A stretch of 46,735 nt of DNA from an uncultured Clostridia bacterium (GCA_947599995.1 CANQFW010000002.1:1-46735), one strand, 5' to 3'. Counted from the first letter of the stretch, positions 29,931-39,460 are shown. Notes: generated from the letters alone by a model not told the origin. Program-made: numbers and translations.

Positions 29931-30022
29931 TGTTTTAATATTTTTTATTCCCTCTCTTTCTGGCGTATATCATATTCTTTTATTTTTTTACATTATGCAA
30001 ATATATATTTCTTTCTTAAATT

Positions 30023-31099
30023 CTATTTATATCCTGTTTTACTAATTATAGAATTACTTATATTTTTTACTTTTTGAGATATAGTATAATCTGTTTGTCC
30101 TAAAACTTGTTGATGTAATTTTTTTACATTTTCTTCTAGGTTTACAGGTACCCCGTACCATACTCCACCTATTGTATCTCCTTTTGTATCGTATGGCCAT
30201 CCCATGCTTTCTTCAAATTTATATGTAGCAAGTTGTGGAATCATGGACATTATCTCATCTGGGCTTATATTGGTATAAACTCTAGGTAAAACAGTGGTTG
30301 CAAGTTTATTTAAATTTCCTACACTAAGCGTTTTAGCCTTATCTACAATGGCCATTAGAACTGTTCTCATTCTTTCTGTCCTCTTGTAATCTCCTCCTGA
30401 TGTATACCTAATTCTTGAATATGCAACTGCTTGTACTCCATCTAACGTTTGCGTTCCAGCTTTTGTCACTTGTGAAGAATTTTTTCCAACAATTTGTGAG
30501 GTTGCAGAAATATAGTCATTTATATATTTTATTTCTGAAGATTCTATATTAATTTTTATTCCACCTACAGCATCAACAATGTCAACCAATGAATCAAAAT
30601 TTACTGTCGCAAATTCTTTTATATTTAAGTCCAAATTTGTATTTAGAGCACTCATTGAAAGCTCTGCTCCTCCATATGCATATGCATGAGTTATTTTATC
30701 TAATCCTCTATTTCCTATCTGCAAATATGTATCTCTATACACAGAAACTAATTTTACTGCCTTTGTTTTCTGGTCAATTATAGCAAGCATTATACAGTCA
30801 CTTCTTGTTCCTTTTTCTAACTGGTCTTCTCTGCTATCAACCCCAAAAAGTGCTATTGTTCTGTATCCAGTTAGTGCTTCTTGTACTCCTTCGTTTATTT
30901 CAATTTTTTCCTCATCAATATCTACCTGTTGCATTTGCCCTAAGGAATTTCTGACATATACATATGCACCTATTCCAACACCTAAAACTATTAATATGAT
31001 AATTAAAATTACGATTCCAATTACTTTTAAAAATTTTGAAAATCCTTTTGTACTTTTCTTTTTTGTTTTTACTTCTTCATCTAAACTATGTTTTCCCAT
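30023..31099 (-). CDS. LytR-CpsA-Psr (LCP) family cell-wall glycopolymer ligase
   Basis: 358 aa with an N-terminal TM anchor, then LCP motifs (FGVDSRE..RSDCIMLA..VSVYRDTY..INHAYAYGG-like KITHAYAYGG). Confidence 0.85.
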   Translation of the reverse strand: MGKHSLDEEVKTKKKSTKGFSKFLKVIGIVILIIILIVLGVGIGAYVYVRNSLGQMQQVDIDEEKIEINEGVQEALTGYRTIALFGVDSREDQLEKGTRSDCIMLAIIDQKTKAVKLVSVYRDTYLQIGNRGLDKITHAYAYGGAELSMSALNTNLDLNIKEFATVNFDSLVDIVDAVGGIKINIESSEIKYINDYISATSQIVGKNSSQVTKAGTQTLDGVQAVAYSRIRYTSGGDYKRTERMRTVLMAIVDKAKTLSVGNLNKLATTVLPRVYTNISPDEIMSMIPQLATYKFEESMGWPYDTKGDTIGGVWYGVPVNLEENVKKLHQQVLGQTDYTISQKVKNISNSIISKTGYK

Positions 31100-31223
31100 T
31101 TGATACTCTATGTAACTTTTAATTACATAGCTCCTTTCTTTATTTTAGACTAATATAGCCTGTTTTCCTTATATACGAACGCTCCATTTTAGTTTTCAAT
31201 TTCATGATAAAATCTTCTTTAAC

Positions 31224-31252
31224 ACTATATCATTAATTATTTATTTTTTCAA
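31224..31252 (-). promoter_or_regulatory. Sigma-A-type promoter candidate for the LCP gene
   Basis: On the minus strand, TTGAAA (31252..31247), a 17-nt spacer, then TATAGT (31229..31224). Confidence 0.5.
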
Positions 31253-31308
31253 TATAATTCTGCAAGAAGTTTTATCATTTTTTGATAGCTTATTAAGTAT
31301 TTGTTATA

Positions 31309-31437
31309 TCATTGTTGTATAGGAGCTTTTAAAGACGCCAAATTATCCAATAAAGAAATATCAAAATTATTGCATGTTTTTTTACTTTTTCTTTTTAAAT
31401 ACATTTCCAAACATACCGTCAAATCTATTAAGTTCAT
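31309..31437 (-). CDS. Possible 42-aa ORF translationally coupled to the BY-kinase stop (ATGA overlap)
   Basis: Minus strand reads AAA AA ATG A. The ORF encodes MNLIDLTVCLEMYLKRKSKKTCNNFDISLLDNLASLKAPIQQ*. I recognise no family. Confidence 0.2.
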   Translation of the reverse strand: MNLIDLTVCLEMYLKRKSKKTCNNFDISLLDNLASLKAPIQQ

Positions 31438-32150
31438 TTTTTCCTTGTTGCATCAGATTCATAGTAATAATATGTCTTTTCATACTTTTTACCTGGCATT
31501 GGTACTTTATTAATTACAATACCAGTAACTTTTGTACCCACATTTTCTACGGCTGATTTTATTTTTTTTACATCTTCTATTTTAGTTTTATTGTATGCAG
31601 TAACTACTATACAAGAATCAACCTGTCGTGCTAAAATAACAGCATCTGCAACTATTAATGCTGGCGGAGCATCAAATAATATTATATCGCATTTTTCTTT
31701 TAATACACAAATTAGATCCTGCATCTTTTCAGACATTAATAGTTCTGATGGATTTGGTGGTACATCTCCTGATGTAATAACTTTTAAATTATCCACTTCT
31801 GTATTTTGTATATAATTTTCTATATTATTAACATCATCTATAGAATTATGTTCTACAAATCCTGATAAAAAATTAGAAATTCCTGGTCTAGGTGAAACCC
31901 CAAATATATTAAATTGTCTTCCCTTTCTCATATCTGCATCTACTAGAATAACTTTTTTACCTGCTTGCGCAAATGTTACTGCTAAGTTCGCAGATACATA
32001 GCTTTTACCTTCTCCAGGTATTGTTGAAGTGATAACCAAAGTCTTTAAACTTTTATTGATATTCATAAATTGTATATTTGTTCTTAAAATTCTAAACATT
32101 TCTGATTCAGGTGCCTTTGGTGTAAAATATGTTACTAGTTCCTTTTTCAT
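31434..32150 (-). CDS. CpsD/CapB-type bacterial tyrosine kinase (BY-kinase, cytoplasmic subunit)
   Basis: 238 aa with Walker A PGEGKS, Walker A' VILVDADMRKG, Walker B IILFDAPP, and a C-terminal Tyr cluster YEKTYYYYE. Confidence 0.85.
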   Translation of the reverse strand: MKKELVTYFTPKAPESEMFRILRTNIQFMNINKSLKTLVITSTIPGEGKSYVSANLAVTFAQAGKKVILVDADMRKGRQFNIFGVSPRPGISNFLSGFVEHNSIDDVNNIENYIQNTEVDNLKVITSGDVPPNPSELLMSEKMQDLICVLKEKCDIILFDAPPALIVADAVILARQVDSCIVVTAYNKTKIEDVKKIKSAVENVGTKVTGIVINKVPMPGKKYEKTYYYYESDATRKK

Positions 32151-32290
32151 TGCCTTTTACCTCCTTGCTAAATATGAATTATATTATGAAATTGATTTTA
32201 AGCCTATTGCTTATTTATATTAGTATGGCAATTAGTAATTTTTTTATTCCTAACATTTTAACATATTTTTACTTTTCAATGATTTTATTT

Positions 32291-32355
32291 GTTTAAAAAT
32301 AAAAACGGACTAACAAATTCTGCAAAGCATTGCTTTTAGGATTTGTTACGTTCGT
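32291..32355 (-). terminator. Intrinsic terminator downstream of argS
   Basis: Imperfect stem ACGAACGTAACAAAT / ATTTGTTAGTCCGT, followed on the minus strand by TTTTTATTTTT. Confidence 0.55.
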
Positions 32356-32392
32356 ATATTTCTCCTCTATGTCAAGTCTATCGTTTTTAACG

Positions 32393-32455
32393 ATGAATAT
32401 CCTAGAGTATAAAAAATTTCCTAAAGATATTTTTATATACCTCTAGGATATTCAT
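32393..32455. repeat. 63-nt imperfect inverted repeat immediately after the argS stop
   Basis: ATGAATATCCTAGAGTATAAAAAAT .. ATTTTTATATACCTCTAGGATATTCAT. The outer stem is 15 bp perfect and the extension makes about 25 bp. No adjacent U-tract. Confidence 0.6.
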
Positions 32456-32478
32456 TTAATAGAAGTTATTATATATAT

Positions 32479-34200
32479 CTACATCTTATCTGGCATCTGA
32501 ATTCCAAGAAGCGAAGCCCCAATTTTTAGTACCTTTCCAACTGCATATGTTAAAAATACTCTAGCATTTTGGAGATTTTCATCTTCACAAATAATCCTAT
32601 TTTCATTGTAAAATACACTATAAGCCTTAGCTAGATCAATCAAATATCTAGACAAGTAGCAAGGCTCATTCTTGTCCACAACTTGCTTTAAGACATCCTC
32701 AAAATTATAAATTAAATTTATAACTTTCTGTGAGTATTCATCTTGGAGTAAATTAGCTTCTATTTTATCGAACTCTGGTACTCCCCCAACCTTTTCTACT
32801 ATACTTTTGGTTCTTACATAAGTGTACTGAACATAAGGGCCTGTTTCCCCTTGGAAACTTAGCATAGAGTTAATATCAAAAACTTCATCTTTAATTCTAG
32901 CTGTTGATAAGTCATTAAATATAACTGCACCAATTCCAACTTTTTTAGCAACCTCATCCTTGTTTTCCAGATCCGGATTTTTTTGCTCAATTACCTTTTT
33001 AGCTTCATTGATAGTATCATTTAATAAATCTTCAACTTTTATAAAGTTTCCTTCCCTTGTTGACATTCTACCAGTAGTTAATCTAACAAATCCATAGGGA
33101 ACATGTTCTAATCCATCTACATATTTTTTATCTATCCCTAAGAGTTTTGCAACTGCAAATATTTGCTTAAAATGTAGATTTTGTTCATAACTAGTTACAT
33201 AAATACATTTATCATAATCGTATGTCCTTGATCTATAAAGAATTGCAGCTAAATCTCTTGTAGCATATATTGTTGATCCATTTGATTTACAAATTATGCA
33301 TGGTGCTTCAATTCCTTCATCAGATAAATCAATAATTTTAGCTCCTTCCGATTCTTTCAATTTTCCTGTTTTTTGTAAAATATCTATAACTTCTTGAGTT
33401 TTGTCAGCGTAAAAAGCTTCTCCATTCCAAGAATCAAATTTACTTCCTAATAAATCATATATTTTTTGAAATTCCTTAATACTAAGGTCTTTAAATTGAT
33501 TCCAAATTTTAGTACAGTATTCATCACCTTGCTCTAAAAGCTTAAAATCTTTTCTACATTTTTCTAATACTTTTTCATCTTCTTTACATAAAATGTTTAT
33601 TCTTTTGTAAATTTCTGCAAGCTTATCTATCGCATTTGTAGATAGATCATACTCTGCACCCCATTTTTTATATCCTTCTATTAGCTTTCCAAATTGAGTT
33701 CCATAATCTCCTAAGTGGTTAACTCCAATTACATTATAGCCTAAGTAACTATATATGTTATATAAAGCTCCTCCAATTACTGTCGTCTTAAGATGACCTA
33801 TGTGGAATGGCTTTGCAATATTTGGAGATGAATAATCTATTACAACTGTTTTGCCTTCTCCTATTTTAGATTTGCCATACTCTTCATTTTGAGCTATTTC
33901 ATTTATAACTTGTTTAATTATTGAATTTTTATTAACAAAGAAATTTAAGTATCCTCCTACAATTTCAATTTTTTCTATTTGTTCTATGCCATCTACTTTA
34001 TAACTTTGTATCTTCGCTTTTAATTCTTCAGCAATTAATGATGGCGCTTTTTTTAGAACCTTAGCTAATCTAAAACATGGAAATGCATAGTCTCCATTTT
34101 TCATATCTTTTGGAACTTCTATGTAGTTTTTTATTTCTTGTTCTTCCATATTAGTAGCTTTTGCAATTGTTTCAATTATTGTTTGTTTAAAATCTATCAT
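32479..34200 (-). CDS. argS: Arginyl-tRNA synthetase
   Basis: 573 aa with HIGH motif PFHIGHL. The class I catalytic core and C-terminal DALR anticodon-binding domain end in the typical ..GIQMPDKM. Confidence 0.92.
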   Translation of the reverse strand: MIDFKQTIIETIAKATNMEEQEIKNYIEVPKDMKNGDYAFPCFRLAKVLKKAPSLIAEELKAKIQSYKVDGIEQIEKIEIVGGYLNFFVNKNSIIKQVINEIAQNEEYGKSKIGEGKTVVIDYSSPNIAKPFHIGHLKTTVIGGALYNIYSYLGYNVIGVNHLGDYGTQFGKLIEGYKKWGAEYDLSTNAIDKLAEIYKRINILCKEDEKVLEKCRKDFKLLEQGDEYCTKIWNQFKDLSIKEFQKIYDLLGSKFDSWNGEAFYADKTQEVIDILQKTGKLKESEGAKIIDLSDEGIEAPCIICKSNGSTIYATRDLAAILYRSRTYDYDKCIYVTSYEQNLHFKQIFAVAKLLGIDKKYVDGLEHVPYGFVRLTTGRMSTREGNFIKVEDLLNDTINEAKKVIEQKNPDLENKDEVAKKVGIGAVIFNDLSTARIKDEVFDINSMLSFQGETGPYVQYTYVRTKSIVEKVGGVPEFDKIEANLLQDEYSQKVINLIYNFEDVLKQVVDKNEPCYLSRYLIDLAKAYSVFYNENRIICEDENLQNARVFLTYAVGKVLKIGASLLGIQMPDKM

Positions 34201-34226
34201 TACTTTCTCCTCCGTCGTTGCTTATA

Positions 34227-35615
34227 CTAACTTTTTGTTATGTTATACCCATCTTTGTTATCATTAATTAAATATCCCTTGGACGTTATTTCATCTCTTA
34301 TTCTATCTGACTCAGCCCAATTTTTGTTTTGGCGTGCCTTTTTTCTTTCTTCTGCTAATGCTATAATTTCTTTGGGAATTTCGCTTGCTTTATTTTTTTC
34401 TACTTTGTCTATATCTAGAGCTAATACAGTGTCAAATTTTTTAAGTAGTTTTGCAATCTTTATAGATTTTACAGGTTTTTTTATCGTATCCCAAACTACA
34501 CTCATTGCAAGTGGCATATTTAAATCGTCATTTATTGCTTTATGGAATTTTTCCTCAAGTTCATTTATGGTTTCATCAGATATATCTTCTGTCCCATTTA
34601 AATGCTTTTGATATGCTTCTCTTAGCTTAATTAATGCCTTCATATTGCTGTCTATTGCTTCCCATGTGAAGTTTATTTTTATTCTATAACTGCTTGAGTA
34701 TAAAAATAGTCTAAAAACTAATGGATCATAGCCTTTGTCTACAATGTCTTTTAATAAATATACATTACCTATACTTTTCGACATTTTTCTGCCATTTACA
34801 AGCAAGTATTCACCATGCATCCAGTATTTTGCAGGTATGGTTCCATATGCCCCTTTGCTCTGTGCAATTTCATTTTCATGGTGTGTAGGAATTAAGTCTA
34901 TTCCTCCTGTATGAATGTCAAATGTTTTTCCTAAATATTTTTGTCCCATTGCTGAACATTCTATGTGCCATCCTGGGTAACTTAGACCCCATGGGCTATC
35001 CCATTTCATTAAATGGTTTTCTGGTGCCTTTATCCAAACAGCAAAATCATATGGATTTCTTTTTTCTGTATCTACTTTTACTCTGGCACCAGCCTTTTGA
35101 TCATCTAACTTTATTCCAGACAAAATCCCATATTCATCCAATTTTGATACATCGAAATATATAGCAGTTGATGTTTCGTATGCATAACCTCTTTTTATTA
35201 GCCTTTTTACATATTCAATCATATCTTCAATATGGTCTGTTGCTCTGCACACTATTTCTGGTGTTTCGATATTTAGCATCTTTAAGTCATCAAAAAATAA
35301 ATTAGTATAATGCTGAGCAATGTCCATTGGTGATTTTTTCATCTCTCTAGCTGATTTTATCATTTTATCTTCACCTTCATCGGCATCAGATACTAGATGT
35401 CCAACATCAGTTATATTCATTGCATGCTTTAATTCATATCCGTTATATCTTAACACTCTTCTTAAAATATCCTGAAATATGTTTGTTCTCATATTTCCAA
35501 TTGTTGCATCTTTATAAACAGTAGGGCCGCAAGAGTACATACGTACTCTTCCTGGCTCTTCCGGTTTAAAAACTTCCTTGTTTTTTGTTAGTGTATTATA
35601 AAAATATATATCCAT
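34227..35615 (-). CDS. cysS: Cysteinyl-tRNA synthetase
   Basis: 462 aa with CGPTVY.., HIGN-like TIGNMR, zinc ligands (GWHIECS), and KMSKS. Confidence 0.92.
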   Translation of the reverse strand: MDIYFYNTLTKNKEVFKPEEPGRVRMYSCGPTVYKDATIGNMRTNIFQDILRRVLRYNGYELKHAMNITDVGHLVSDADEGEDKMIKSAREMKKSPMDIAQHYTNLFFDDLKMLNIETPEIVCRATDHIEDMIEYVKRLIKRGYAYETSTAIYFDVSKLDEYGILSGIKLDDQKAGARVKVDTEKRNPYDFAVWIKAPENHLMKWDSPWGLSYPGWHIECSAMGQKYLGKTFDIHTGGIDLIPTHHENEIAQSKGAYGTIPAKYWMHGEYLLVNGRKMSKSIGNVYLLKDIVDKGYDPLVFRLFLYSSSYRIKINFTWEAIDSNMKALIKLREAYQKHLNGTEDISDETINELEEKFHKAINDDLNMPLAMSVVWDTIKKPVKSIKIAKLLKKFDTVLALDIDKVEKNKASEIPKEIIALAEERKKARQNKNWAESDRIRDEITSKGYLINDNKDGYNITKS

Positions 35616-35637
35616 AAGCTTCTTTTTCCCTTCTTAT

Positions 35638-38412
35638 CTAAGGCGTTTTGCTCTCATTATTTGTTTTATTATCATTACTTACTTTATTTTTGTTATCTGG
35701 TGTTGTGTTGTTATTTTCTACTACAGTATTCTCCACAGGTGTTGTATTCACTGGCTTTGATGTATCTTTTTCTTTAACATTTATTGTTCTTTTTACAGTT
35801 GTTTCTTTGCCTTTTGAATTTTTCACCTTATATTTTATTTCATATTTTCCCGCCTTAGAAGTATTAACACTTCCAGATGTTTCTATTTTGCTTGTTATAT
35901 CTCCATCTAATTCGTCATGTGCAGTTGCTCCTTTTTCTGTATATGTATCTCCAACTTTTAACTCAATGCTACTTTCTCCAATTATTGTAATGGTTGGTGC
36001 AGCAAATTCTTTTTTAGTATTTTCAGCTGTATGTACTGTACAATATGTTTTTGGTGAATTTTTGTCACTTGATGATTTACTTTTCCATAGGCCTAATCTT
36101 TCTTTTTCTACTGTATATGAATAGTATTTTGTTGAAACATTTGGGCAATACTCATTTGCAAGCAATCCTGTATCGTTACATATTTTAGCAGAATTTGAAT
36201 GTGCATCACAGGCTTCTGGAACTGTTCCTTCAACAAAAATTTCTGAATATGTATTAGTACATTTATCAGTTGCTTTCTTTCCTGAATCCTTGCATATTGT
36301 AGCCGAAACTATTCCTTCTGCTTTGTTAAATGTTGAACCTGCCATTCCTTTATGAATATCCTTCATTACTTGACTCCAAATTTCACCTGCCCAATTTGTG
36401 TTTCCTTTTACTTCTTCATTTTCGTCATAGCCATACCATGTTGCTGCTGTATAGTAGTTTGTAAATCCGCATAACCATTTATCATAGTTGCTGTTTGTTG
36501 TACCTGTTTTAGCTCCTACATCTATTCCAGATATTTTGCAATATGTTGCAGTTCCTGATTGTACTACAGATTTTAATATGTCTTTTATTATATAGGCCGC
36601 TTGTGCAGACATAACTTGTTCTTGTTTTTGTTCTGGTTCTAAAACTGTGTTTCCATCTCTATCAGTAACTTTCGTATATAGAAGTGGCGTTCTGTATACT
36701 CCATCATTTGCTATTGTTGCATAACAACCCGCCATTTCATAAGTAGATATACCATTTGTGAATCCTCCTATAGCAAGAGACGCAAGATGATCTTTTTCAT
36801 CATTTAATGTTGTAACTCCCATTTTCTTTAAATACTCTTTAGATTTCTCTGGTGTTAGCTCCGAAACAACCTTTATGAATGGTATATTTTGTGAAGTCAT
36901 TGTGGCACTCCTTATTGTTACCAATCCTTTAAATGCATTGTAATCTTTTGGATTATAGTCTCCTGGGAATTCCGTTGCGCAATCGTCATAAACTGTAGCA
37001 GCTGTGATTACTCCTTCATTTATTCCAGGTATTAAAGATGTTAATGGTTTTATCGAAGAACCTGTTTGCCTTGGACTTTGGGTTGCACGATTAAAACCTC
37101 TTGATTCTGTTTTTTCTCCAAGTCCTCCTACCATTGCAACTGCATAACCTGTGTTATTATCTATTATTGTCATCGCTGATTGCGATGTTATTTTATTTCC
37201 ATTTTCATCTGTTCCTTTGGCAGATGCTTTTTGATACTTACTTCCACCTTGAACCATTACTTCATTCATTTGATTTTGTACATCTTGATTTAGAGTTGAA
37301 TATATAGTAAGTCCACTACTATAAACATATGTTGTTGCTAATGCTTTAGATATATTTTTTGCCTCTGCAATATCATCTATTACTTTTGTAATTGTTGCAT
37401 CTGTATGATATGAGTATATTGACCCTGAATCTGTTCCTTTTACAAATACTAATCCATTATTTACTTCTTCACAGGCACTATCATGCTCTTCTTGATTTAT
37501 GTATCCCAATTTTAACATTTGGTCTAAAACAGTTTTTGTTCTATTATTTATTTTTTCTTTCTTGCTTTCATCTTCGTTGTATCCTTTTTCACCGTATGGA
37601 TTATATAAATTAGGTCCTTTATTTATTCCAGCTAAAAATGCGCATTCCGCTAAGTCAAGCTCTGATGCACTTTTGTTGAAATAGTATTTTGCACCTACTT
37701 CAACCCCTGCATTTTTTCCTCCTACAAATATTATATTTAAATATAATTCTAGAATTTGGTCTTTTGAAAGCATTTTTTCTATTTGGTATGCTTTTGCCCA
37801 TTCTTTTACTTTTCTTGTGATTCCTTCAAATCCTGAATCTTGATCATCCTTTGTTATGTTTTTTACTAACTGCTGTGTTATTGAACTTCCCCCAAATGAC
37901 GAACTTCCTCCATGCGTTATAAAATTTGCAATTGCTACTCCTGTTCTTTTTATGTCTACACCATTATGTTCATAGAATCGTTCGTCTTCTATTGCAATAT
38001 ATGCTTTTGGCAAATATTCTGACATATCTGCTAATGTTATTATTTTTCTGCTTTCATCTCCACTTAGCTCAGCAATCACATTTCCATTACAGTCTAGGAC
38101 TACAGAATTTGATTCCGCAATTACTAGCTCTTCTTTCTTAATTTCGAAGTCACCACCCCAGCCACAGTATATCATTCCTACTACTATTCCCGCTGCTACT
38201 ATTAGTACTAATATTATCATTATTAATAGTATTCTAATTATTAAAGCTGCTTTTGGATGCTTTTCAGAAAATTTGATTTTCCCATCTTTTCTCTTCTTCT
38301 TATTTTTATTTGTTACAGGTTTCATACTTAAATTTTCTTTACTTTTTTTACCTTTTTTATTGCTATTTCTTTTGCCCATTTTTCTAGTATATGTTAGTTT
38401 AAAATCTAACAT
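35638..38412 (-). CDS. Class A (bifunctional) penicillin-binding protein with a C-terminal Ig-like (DUF5011-type) domain and an N/T-rich tail
   Basis: 924 aa with an N-terminal TM anchor. Glycosyltransferase motifs EDERFYEHNGVD and GGSSITQQL. Transpeptidase motifs SSIKP, SQN and KTGTT. The C-terminus has ITIIGESSIELKVGDTYTEKGATAHDELDGDIT... Confidence 0.88.
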   Translation of the reverse strand: MLDFKLTYTRKMGKRNSNKKGKKSKENLSMKPVTNKNKKKRKDGKIKFSEKHPKAALIIRILLIMIILVLIVAAGIVVGMIYCGWGGDFEIKKEELVIAESNSVVLDCNGNVIAELSGDESRKIITLADMSEYLPKAYIAIEDERFYEHNGVDIKRTGVAIANFITHGGSSSFGGSSITQQLVKNITKDDQDSGFEGITRKVKEWAKAYQIEKMLSKDQILELYLNIIFVGGKNAGVEVGAKYYFNKSASELDLAECAFLAGINKGPNLYNPYGEKGYNEDESKKEKINNRTKTVLDQMLKLGYINQEEHDSACEEVNNGLVFVKGTDSGSIYSYHTDATITKVIDDIAEAKNISKALATTYVYSSGLTIYSTLNQDVQNQMNEVMVQGGSKYQKASAKGTDENGNKITSQSAMTIIDNNTGYAVAMVGGLGEKTESRGFNRATQSPRQTGSSIKPLTSLIPGINEGVITAATVYDDCATEFPGDYNPKDYNAFKGLVTIRSATMTSQNIPFIKVVSELTPEKSKEYLKKMGVTTLNDEKDHLASLAIGGFTNGISTYEMAGCYATIANDGVYRTPLLYTKVTDRDGNTVLEPEQKQEQVMSAQAAYIIKDILKSVVQSGTATYCKISGIDVGAKTGTTNSNYDKWLCGFTNYYTAATWYGYDENEEVKGNTNWAGEIWSQVMKDIHKGMAGSTFNKAEGIVSATICKDSGKKATDKCTNTYSEIFVEGTVPEACDAHSNSAKICNDTGLLANEYCPNVSTKYYSYTVEKERLGLWKSKSSSDKNSPKTYCTVHTAENTKKEFAAPTITIIGESSIELKVGDTYTEKGATAHDELDGDITSKIETSGSVNTSKAGKYEIKYKVKNSKGKETTVKRTINVKEKDTSKPVNTTPVENTVVENNNTTPDNKNKVSNDNKTNNESKTP

Positions 38413-38495
38413 ATTCCTCCTTTTTTTAGATTTGTAAGTTTTATTACTTACATAAACTAGAGAGATGCTTCTCGTCCCTCTTTTTAAATGTCTAT

Positions 38496-38524
38496 ATTAT
38501 ATTATAAGTTTGGTAAAATTGCAA
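38496..38524 (-). promoter_or_regulatory. Sigma-A-type promoter candidate for the PBP-cysS-argS transcription unit
   Basis: On the minus strand, TTGCAA (38524..38519), a 17-nt spacer, then TATAAT (38501..38496). Confidence 0.55.
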
Positions 38525-38620
38525 GGGATTTCATTTTTATTATTTTACTTTATTTCTAGTTAATTGTTTACATTAAAATAGATAACCTAAAATGTAGTAA
38601 TATAAAATATAATAAATCCT

Positions 38621-39460
38621 TTAAAATTCAATATTTCTCTGCATAATCAATCTTTTCAAAAATACATCTTGAATCTTTAATTTATCCAAAAAATAATAGC
38701 ACTCTACAATATCGTTGAAATCATAACTCTGTAAGTCTTCTTTTTTTAATGAATCAAACATTTCAGAACTGTCTTTGACTCCAACCTTATACCAATTAAT
38801 AACACTACCAGCAAAACGTTTTTTCTTTATTCTAATTTCTTCTTCAAAATTAACTATTATAGCTTTGTCATATATACTATACATGTTTAAAACTTCTTTT
38901 GGAAAGTCAATATTTAATATAATATTAGAATTCAAAAGACTCTTTCTTTTATTATTTGTTACAGTTATAATTACTCCATCTTCATAAAGCTTATCTTCTA
39001 ATCTTTCAAAGCTTTTAATATGATTTGTGACAACTTGCAGGTTTTTACATTGCACTGCTAAATTCTTTATTACAATTTCTATAAAACTATTATACTGGTT
39101 AGTTAAAATCGCTATTTTGCAATCCTGTATTTTAAACTTTTGTCTTTTTAGAATGTAATCAACAATGTCCAATATATACATTTTGAAAATTTTCCTACCA
39201 TCTATTATTTCAATATCATTTGAATATAATAAATTCACAAAATCTAAATCTTCTTTTAAATCTTTACTAATAATGACTTTTTTGCAAAAATTTTTATTCA
39301 AAACCTGTTTTATTTTTTTTATGATTTTTATCTTCTTTTTTATCTTTGCTTTACTTAAATTGCAATTAATAATTATATTATTTTCTTTTACCTGAATTAC
39401 CTTAAAAATTCTTTTTATTATATTTGGTTTTATAGTCTGTTTAATAAATAAAATATTCAC
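38621..39460 (-). CDS. Hypothetical Lys/Ile-rich soluble protein, no family recognised
   Basis: 279-aa ORF with no TM helix and no motif I recognise. AGGAGGGA upstream of the ATG. Confidence 0.5.
   Translation of the reverse strand: MNILFIKQTIKPNIIKRIFKVIQVKENNIIINCNLSKAKIKKKIKIIKKIKQVLNKNFCKKVIISKDLKEDLDFVNLLYSNDIEIIDGRKIFKMYILDIVDYILKRQKFKIQDCKIAILTNQYNSFIEIVIKNLAVQCKNLQVVTNHIKSFERLEDKLYEDGVIITVTNNKRKSLLNSNIILNIDFPKEVLNMYSIYDKAIIVNFEEEIRIKKKRFAGSVINWYKVGVKDSSEMFDSLKKEDLQSYDFNDIVECYYFLDKLKIQDVFLKRLIMQRNIEF

Noticed and set aside
35648-36124. Long plus-strand ORFs inside minus-strand genes (for example 35648..36124 at 158 aa, 45793..46296 at 167 aa, 40855..41268 at 137 aa, 17563..17910, 25569..25907)
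   Set aside because: These are antisense shadow ORFs of well-supported genes. They have Leu/Phe/Ser-rich low-complexity composition, no SD and no recognisable motifs, as expected from AT-rich antisense strands.
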